In this document: positions 58,654 through 64,000 of the stretch, piece by piece
Position numbering within the stretch: position 1 is the first letter of the stretch
Layout: the number at the start of each line of letters is the position of its first letter
Assembly: GCA_015485385.1 (NCBI GenBank)
Contig: WFTS01000024.1
Location: 2,606 to 66,605, forward strand
Length of the DNA stretch: 64,000 nt
Origin: Kordiimonadales bacterium
GTDB lineage: Bacteria > Pseudomonadota > Alphaproteobacteria > Sphingomonadales > Kordiimonadaceae
Direction: 5' to 3'
The notes under the pieces: model-generated
Databases searched by the model: none
What the model was told of the DNA's origin: nothing
Seen by the model: the letters and a program-made list of their open reading frames with translations, nothing else
Position numbers and translations under genes: made by a program

Positions 58654-60401
58654 ATGTATTTACCCATTTTCGGGGCCTTCTTGATGCAGAGCTAGCTGCC
58701 CTCGCGGCATCAGGTGACTTGCCCGAAACTTTGGAAACCAAAAATATTGCCGTTGAACCGCCACGCGATAGAAGCCACGGGGATATTGCCACCAATGCAG
58801 CCTTGGTGCTTGCCAAGCAAGCCCGGCGCAAACCACGCGATATTGCTGAACTGTTGGCCCCTCGGCTTGAAACTCTTAACGAGGTTGAAACTGTTGAGGT
58901 TGCAGGACCGGGCTTTATCAATTTACGGCTATCGTCTGATTTTTGGCAACAACAAATTAAACTGATTTTGTCGGCTGGCACCAATTATGGTGCTAGCAAT
59001 ATGGGCGGCGGCGAAGCGGTGAATATTGAATATGTTTCAGCCAATCCAACGGGACCATTACATGTGGGCCACACGAGGGGGGCGGTATTCGGCGATGCGC
59101 TGGCAAACCTTCTTTCTAAAGCTGGCTATAGTGTTACCAAAGAGTATCTGATTAACGATGCTGGTGGGCAAATTGACGTGCTCGCACGCTCGGCTTATTT
59201 GCGTTACTGCGAGGCACATGGTCGCGATATAGGGACAATTCCTGAAGGGCTATACCCGGGTGAGTATCTGATACCTGTTGGTGAGATGCTGAAAGAAAAA
59301 TACGGCGAAAAATGGCTGGACACGGACGAAAGCAATTGGCTTTCTATCATCCGAGATGAAGCCACAGATGCTATGATGGATCTTATTCGGGAAGATTTGG
59401 CGGCACTAGGTGTCAAGCAGGATGTGTTTTTCTCGGAAAAAACTTTGCATAAAGACGGCAGCATTCATCAGGTGATTGATGAATTGCGCAAGCGGGGCCA
59501 TATCTATGAGGGTGTGCTAGAGCCTCCTAAGGGCAAAAAAGCCGATGATTGGGAAGCGCGCGAACAAACTCTGTTTCGGGCAACCGATTTCGGAGACGAT
59601 GTGGATCGGGCTCTGCAAAAATCTAATGGAGATTTCACCTACTTTGGCGCCGACATCGCTTATCATTTTAACAAGTATCAACGCGGCTTTAAAAGCATGA
59701 TTGATGTTTGGGGGGCTGACCACGGCGGCTATGTCAAGCGGATGCAATCAGCAGTTAAAGGGCTTGCTGATGATGGCGATTTAGACGTGAAAATTTGTCA
59801 GTTGGTACGACTGTACCGAGATGGTGAGCCGTTTAAAATGTCTAAACGCTCGGGTAATTTCATCACGCTCAGGGACGTGGTGGATGAAGTGGGACGTGAT
59901 GTGACACGCTTTATCATGCTCACGCGTAAAAATGATGCACCGTTGGATTTTGATTTTGCCAAAGTGACAGAACAGTCCAAAGACAATCCGGTATTTTATG
60001 TGCAGTACGCCCATGCACGGATTTTCTCTGTTATCCAGAAGGCTGCAGCCGCATTTGAAGGGCTTGATACGTCCAATGAGGCGCTTGGCCGCGCTAATCT
60101 ATCTCGGCTTGTCAGTAAGGGCGAGATTGAGATGATTAAACAGTGCGCTGCATGGCCCCGTATGGTGGAAGCCGCCGCCGAAGCACATGAACCGCACCGG
60201 ATTTCATTTTTTCTCTATGATCTTGCATCAGAGTTTCATACCTTTTGGAATAAAGGAAATGATGATCCCTCGCTGCGGTTCATTATTGAAGGCGACCAAG
60301 AGATTACCGAGGCGCGCCTTGCGCTAATCCGCAGTGTTGCATTAATAATTGCAAGTGGCTTGGAAATGCTGGGGGTAAAGCCCGTGGAGGAAATGCGCTA
60401 A
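58650..60401 (+). CDS. argS: Arginine--tRNA ligase
   Basis: [30 protein letters not shown]. Confidence 0.98.
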   Translation: MNVFTHFRGLLDAELAALAASGDLPETLETKNIAVEPPRDRSHGDIATNAALVLAKQARRKPRDIAELLAPRLETLNEVETVEVAGPGFINLRLSSDFWQQQIKLILSAGTNYGASNMGGGEAVNIEYVSANPTGPLHVGHTRGAVFGDALANLLSKAGYSVTKEYLINDAGGQIDVLARSAYLRYCEAHGRDIGTIPEGLYPGEYLIPVGEMLKEKYGEKWLDTDESNWLSIIRDEATDAMMDLIREDLAALGVKQDVFFSEKTLHKDGSIHQVIDELRKRGHIYEGVLEPPKGKKADDWEAREQTLFRATDFGDDVDRALQKSNGDFTYFGADIAYHFNKYQRGFKSMIDVWGADHGGYVKRMQSAVKGLADDGDLDVKICQLVRLYRDGEPFKMSKRSGNFITLRDVVDEVGRDVTRFIMLTRKNDAPLDFDFAKVTEQSKDNPVFYVQYAHARIFSVIQKAAAAFEGLDTSNEALGRANLSRLVSKGEIEMIKQCAAWPRMVEAAAEAHEPHRISFFLYDLASEFHTFWNKGNDDPSLRFIIEGDQEITEARLALIRSVALIIASGLEMLGVKPVEEMR

Positions 60402-61232
60402 ATGACTGGTGATGATATCGGTGGGGAACGCAGAGACGGTTCTGGTGGAAAAGATATTCCGCCTTGGCTCCAGCCTGTGCCGATAGAAGAAACCAGTGCA
60501 GAGAACGGGCCAAGTAAAAAGCTATTGTTTGCTGGTATTGCAGCGGCGATTGTGATCCTTGGCCTATTTGTAGCTGTAATTCTGTATCTTTATGAAGGCT
60601 CTGGCCAGCAAGACCCGCTCTATGTTCAGGCGCCCACGCAGACACTGAAGGAAAAGCCTGCCGATCCACGCGGTATGGATGTGAAACATCGAGACAAAAG
60701 CATCTACGAGCAAGGTGAAGGCCTTCAACCTCGCAGTGAGGTGGAGCTTGGCCCTCAGGCAGAAATTCCTATTGCCAAAATTCCAGACGATCCGGTGGGG
60801 GATGCTATTGAGGCTTTGGAAGAAAATACCCCGAGCGTTGATGAAAAAACTTCTGAGCCCCCAAGTGCAAAGACTAAGAATTCAAAAAGCGCAAAAGATA
60901 AGCAACCGGAAACAACGGGTGAAGGTCTGAAAACAACGCCTGCCGAAAGTGATTTAAAAGTTACCGACGAAAAAGCCAAGGATACATTGGCGTACCGTGT
61001 ACAGTTGGGAGCGTATGCCAGCAAAAAGTCAGCAGCTCGGGCATGGCGTTCGGCAAAAGGTAAATTCAGGACCGTACTTGGCGAAAAGACACCTGATTAC
61101 GAGGCAGTGCAAACTGCTGACCGCACGCTATACCGCCTGCGTGTAGGGCCTTATGCCACACGGGCAGCCGCTGATCAGGTCTGCCTTGTGCTGCGAGCAG
61201 AAGCACAGGCCTGCATCGTAGTAAATCCCTAA
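60402..61232 (+). CDS. SPOR domain cell-division protein (FtsN-like)
   Basis: Single TM helix, a disordered linker and C-terminal YRVQLGAY...YRLRVGP...C...C. Confidence 0.88.
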   Translation: MTGDDIGGERRDGSGGKDIPPWLQPVPIEETSAENGPSKKLLFAGIAAAIVILGLFVAVILYLYEGSGQQDPLYVQAPTQTLKEKPADPRGMDVKHRDKSIYEQGEGLQPRSEVELGPQAEIPIAKIPDDPVGDAIEALEENTPSVDEKTSEPPSAKTKNSKSAKDKQPETTGEGLKTTPAESDLKVTDEKAKDTLAYRVQLGAYASKKSAARAWRSAKGKFRTVLGEKTPDYEAVQTADRTLYRLRVGPYATRAAADQVCLVLRAEAQACIVVNP

Positions 61233-61241
61233 GGATAGCCC

Positions 61242-62249
61242 ATGAAACCGGTTATATTCGGCTGTGCAGGGCCGGTCCTTAGCGATCAAGAGCGTTCATT
61301 TTTCAAGAAGGAAAAACCGGCAGGCTTTATCCTTTTTTCGCGCAATATAGAAACCCCTTTGCAAGTTGCTGCTCTGACAGCAGACCTTAAATCAGCTGTC
61401 GGTCGTCATAAAGTGCCGATCCTGATTGATCAGGAAGGCGGGCGCGTTCAGCGCATGACAAGGCCTCACTGGCGCAGCTATCCGGCTATGCAAGTGTTTG
61501 GTGATATGGCCAAGCGTGATCCTACATTGGCCGCAAGTGCGCTCAGGTTAAACTGTCGATTGATCGCGGATGATCTACGCCGCGTTGGCATCAATGTGAA
61601 TTGTCTGCCACTTCTTGATATGCCGCAGTCAGACGCAGATAATATCATTGGAGACCGCGCTTTTTCAAGAGACGGGACACTTGTGGCTGCTCTTGGGCGT
61701 ATAGCCATTGAGGCCCTGAAAGAAGGCGGTGTGTTGCCTGTGGTCAAACATATGCCAGGGCATGGTCGCGCCCGTGTTGATAGCCATAAGGCTTTGCCCG
61801 TCGTGGATACCCCGCTCAGTGAACTGGAACAAACAGATTTTGAACCCTTTAGAAAGCTGAAAGACGCAGCCTTTGGAATGACGGCTCATATTATCTACAG
61901 CGACATTGACCCTGATCATGTCGCAACTCTGTCACGCTTGCTGATTGCGCGCATTATCCGTATGAAAATAGGTTTTACTGGCCTTTTAATGTCTGATGAT
62001 CTGTCAATGAAAGCTCTTGATGGGGAAATCGGAGACTTAGCGGCCTCTGCGATTGATGCAGGTTGTGATTTAGCTTTGCACTGCAATGGCAATCTGGATG
62101 AAATGCAAGCGATTGCGCGGCGGTTATGCCCGTCTGAAAATAATATGGAAAAGCGGATTGCTGATTTGGTGCGAGATGTTGAGTGCTCCCCAACTGCCGA
62201 TAGGGGTGACCTTACCCGTCGTTATGACGATTTAATGTTAAAGTTTTAG
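61242..62249 (+). CDS. nagZ: Beta-N-acetylhexosaminidase (GH3)
   Basis: GFILFSRN, IDQEGGRVQR, KHMPGHG, DSH, SDDLSM. Confidence 0.95.
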   Translation: MKPVIFGCAGPVLSDQERSFFKKEKPAGFILFSRNIETPLQVAALTADLKSAVGRHKVPILIDQEGGRVQRMTRPHWRSYPAMQVFGDMAKRDPTLAASALRLNCRLIADDLRRVGINVNCLPLLDMPQSDADNIIGDRAFSRDGTLVAALGRIAIEALKEGGVLPVVKHMPGHGRARVDSHKALPVVDTPLSELEQTDFEPFRKLKDAAFGMTAHIIYSDIDPDHVATLSRLLIARIIRMKIGFTGLLMSDDLSMKALDGEIGDLAASAIDAGCDLALHCNGNLDEMQAIARRLCPSENNMEKRIADLVRDVECSPTADRGDLTRRYDDLMLKF

Positions 62250-62258
62250 GAGCCATAA

Positions 62259-62912
62259 GTGCCCGATATTTCTGAAAGTCTATTTTTGATCAGCATAATG
62301 GCCCTGCCTTTTTTATTGGCAGTTACGCTTCATGAGGCAGGTCACGCCTTTGCTGCCCACTATCTTGGCGATACAAGCCAGCGCAATAGTGGGCGGCTTT
62401 CGTTAAATCCGCTGGTCCATCTTGATCCATTTGGGACTGTTATTTTGCCACTGATCGCGATTTTTACAGGGTTCCCCTTTTTAATTGGGTACGCCAAACC
62501 TGTGATGGTGCAGCCGCAGCATTTCAAAAAAATGCGCAGAGACATGATTTTAGTCGCCTTGGCAGGCCCTCTGGGAAATTTAGCTGTCGCGATATTTTGT
62601 GCTTATATTTTGCGCTTCGGGCAAAATTATGGCTTAGACAGCAATTCATGGCTGATGCAAACCATGATATATGGTGTTTTTATGAACTGCCTCTTTATGG
62701 TATTTAACTTATTACCAATCCCACCACTTGATGGGGGTGGTATTGTTGAACAAATCTTGCCCTATGATATGGCGATAAAGTACCGATCAATCTCGCGCTA
62801 CGGCATTTTCATTCTTATGGCGATTGTTGTTTTCGCTCGGCCTGTTATCTTATGGCCCACACTTTTTATGAGCGAACTCGTGGCAAATTTAGTTGGCGCA
62901 CCTTGGATATAG
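62259..62912 (+). CDS. Site-2 protease (M50) family membrane metalloprotease
   Basis: HEAGH, ALAGP, FNLLPIPPLDGG. Confidence 0.92.
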   Translation: MPDISESLFLISIMALPFLLAVTLHEAGHAFAAHYLGDTSQRNSGRLSLNPLVHLDPFGTVILPLIAIFTGFPFLIGYAKPVMVQPQHFKKMRRDMILVALAGPLGNLAVAIFCAYILRFGQNYGLDSNSWLMQTMIYGVFMNCLFMVFNLLPIPPLDGGGIVEQILPYDMAIKYRSISRYGIFILMAIVVFARPVILWPTLFMSELVANLVGAPWI

Positions 62913-63730
62913 ATTTTGAAGAAGATAGTCCGGTCTCTGACCGTATAGCGGCTGCTAAGGCAGATCCTGATCAACTTGTCCTTGATATGGACGGGTTTGA
63001 AGGTCCGCTTGATGTCTTGCTTACATTGGCGCGCGCTCAGAAGGTGGATTTGGCGCAAATATCGATTTTAGAACTGGTCGAACAGTTTTTGGAATTTGTT
63101 GCGGCTGCACGTAAGATACGGCTTGAGCTTGCGGCAGATTATTTGGTGATGGCCGCATGGCTTGCTTATCTGAAATCCCGCCTTTTGTTACCAAAAGACC
63201 TAGACGCAGAAGAACCTTCAGCCGAAGATTTAGCTTTCCGCTTGCATTTAAGGCTTCAGCGCCTTGAAGCCATGCGCGAAGCTGGCGCTCAGATTATGGG
63301 CCGTAACAGAATGGGCCGTGATGTTTTTCGGCGCGGTAGCCCCGAAGGCCTGAAAATCCTCAAGCGCGGTACGTATGATGTAACACTTTATGAACTGCTG
63401 AAGGCCTACGGCGATAACCGGCAGCGGTTTTCAATCACCGAGATTAAAATCGAGCGTAGGCCTGTGGTATCTCTCGAGGATGCACTGGAGCGTCTTTCTG
63501 CTTTGATTGGGGATACTTTTACCTGGGCACAGTTGGGAGAGTTTTTGCCCAAAGAAATGAAAGATGCCCGGCACAGAAAATCAGCGCTTGCAAGCATGTT
63601 TGCGGCCAGCTTAGAACTGGCCCGTCAAGGTCAAGCAGATTTACGCCAAATGGAAACTTTTGGACCGATTTATTTACGCCAACGTCAAACGGAAGATAGC
63701 CTCTTGGGGGCAGCACAGAATGACACATAA
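62903..63730 (+). CDS. scpA: Segregation and condensation protein A
   Basis: FEGPLDVLL, ADYLVMAAWLAYLKSRLLLP, FAASLEL. TTG start at 62903. Confidence 0.93.
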   Translation: MDIDFEEDSPVSDRIAAAKADPDQLVLDMDGFEGPLDVLLTLARAQKVDLAQISILELVEQFLEFVAAARKIRLELAADYLVMAAWLAYLKSRLLLPKDLDAEEPSAEDLAFRLHLRLQRLEAMREAGAQIMGRNRMGRDVFRRGSPEGLKILKRGTYDVTLYELLKAYGDNRQRFSITEIKIERRPVVSLEDALERLSALIGDTFTWAQLGEFLPKEMKDARHRKSALASMFAASLELARQGQADLRQMETFGPIYLRQRQTEDSLLGAAQNDT

Positions 63731-64000
63731 TATTGATATACAGCCTGAGGTGCTTTCTGAACAAGCTCCAGACCAGACAAGTGATGCTATGCCGGATCGC
63801 TCTCTTGAACATCAGCGCATGGTTGAGGCCGTTTTATTCGCTGCTGAAACGCCGCTTTCGGTCAGTGATATTGAAGATCGCTTGCCCGGCGGTGCCGAAA
63901 TCGAACGCCATCTTGATGCCTTGATAATTGACTATGCTAACAAGGGCGTGAATTTGGTCCGTGTGGCGGGGAAATATATGTTCCGCACTGCTGATGATCT
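63720..64000 (+). CDS. scpB: Segregation and condensation protein B (3'-truncated; absent from the ORF track)
   Basis: My translation from ATG 63720: MTHNID...RMVEAVLFAAETPLS...GVNLVRVAGKYMFRTADD. The frame is open to the window end. Confidence 0.93.
   Translation, partial: MTHNIDIQPEVLSEQAPDQTSDAMPDRSLEHQRMVEAVLFAAETPLSVSDIEDRLPGGAEIERHLDALIIDYANKGVNLVRVAGKYMFRTADD

Noticed and set aside
63733-63924. 63-aa ORF at the window end
   Set aside because: It overlaps scpB in another frame; scpB (63720 to the window end) is the real gene.
1-64000. CRISPR arrays, rRNA, prophage, IS elements, inteins, frameshifted pseudogenes
   Set aside because: I saw none. The core genes are full length and no repeat-spacer pattern or transposase motif appears.

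Overview
A 64-kb chromosomal segment of an alphaproteobacterium. The popZ, CtrA-type boxes and argS-SPOR-nagZ-scpAB synteny indicate the class; a Kordiimonadales/Rhodospirillales-like marine organism is inference only. It has four blocks. (1) 1-22.6 kb: a lipid/fatty-acid catabolic supercluster of about 21 genes (ALDH, Fe-ADH, thioesterases, five SDRs, an APH-type kinase, three acyl-CoA dehydrogenases, two CoA ligases, MaoC hydratase, PimB-like thiolase, MDR reductase, patatin). (2) 22.7-40.8 kb: an orphan hybrid kinase, DUF885, and amino-acid metabolism (cysK, lrp/ald, asparaginase, marR-hppD-VOC-FAH-maiA-phhA with no hmgA, a Leu/Phe/Val dehydrogenase, a Tat-signal class V PLP enzyme, queE-queC, a DAACS symporter). 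(3) 41-49 kb: tRNA-Asn, a sugar porter with a LacI-type operator, tRNA-Cys, pcm-tolC-popZ, and two tandem secreted bilobed aspartic proteases between popZ and valS. (4) 49-64 kb: housekeeping genes (valS, ilvD, xth, erpA, dgt, argS, SPOR, nagZ, site-2 protease, scpA, partial scpB) and two stand-alone PAS_5-like proteins, one under tandem CtrA boxes. I saw no integrase, transposase, prophage, CRISPR array or rRNA. The best leads are a VOC protein in the place of homogentisate dioxygenase, a bacterial ACAD10/11 (Lva-like) kinase-dehydrogenase module, the protease pair, a phased ~20-bp repeat after popZ, and a GANTC-dense inverted repeat. All product calls come from motif recognition by eye; no database searches were run.
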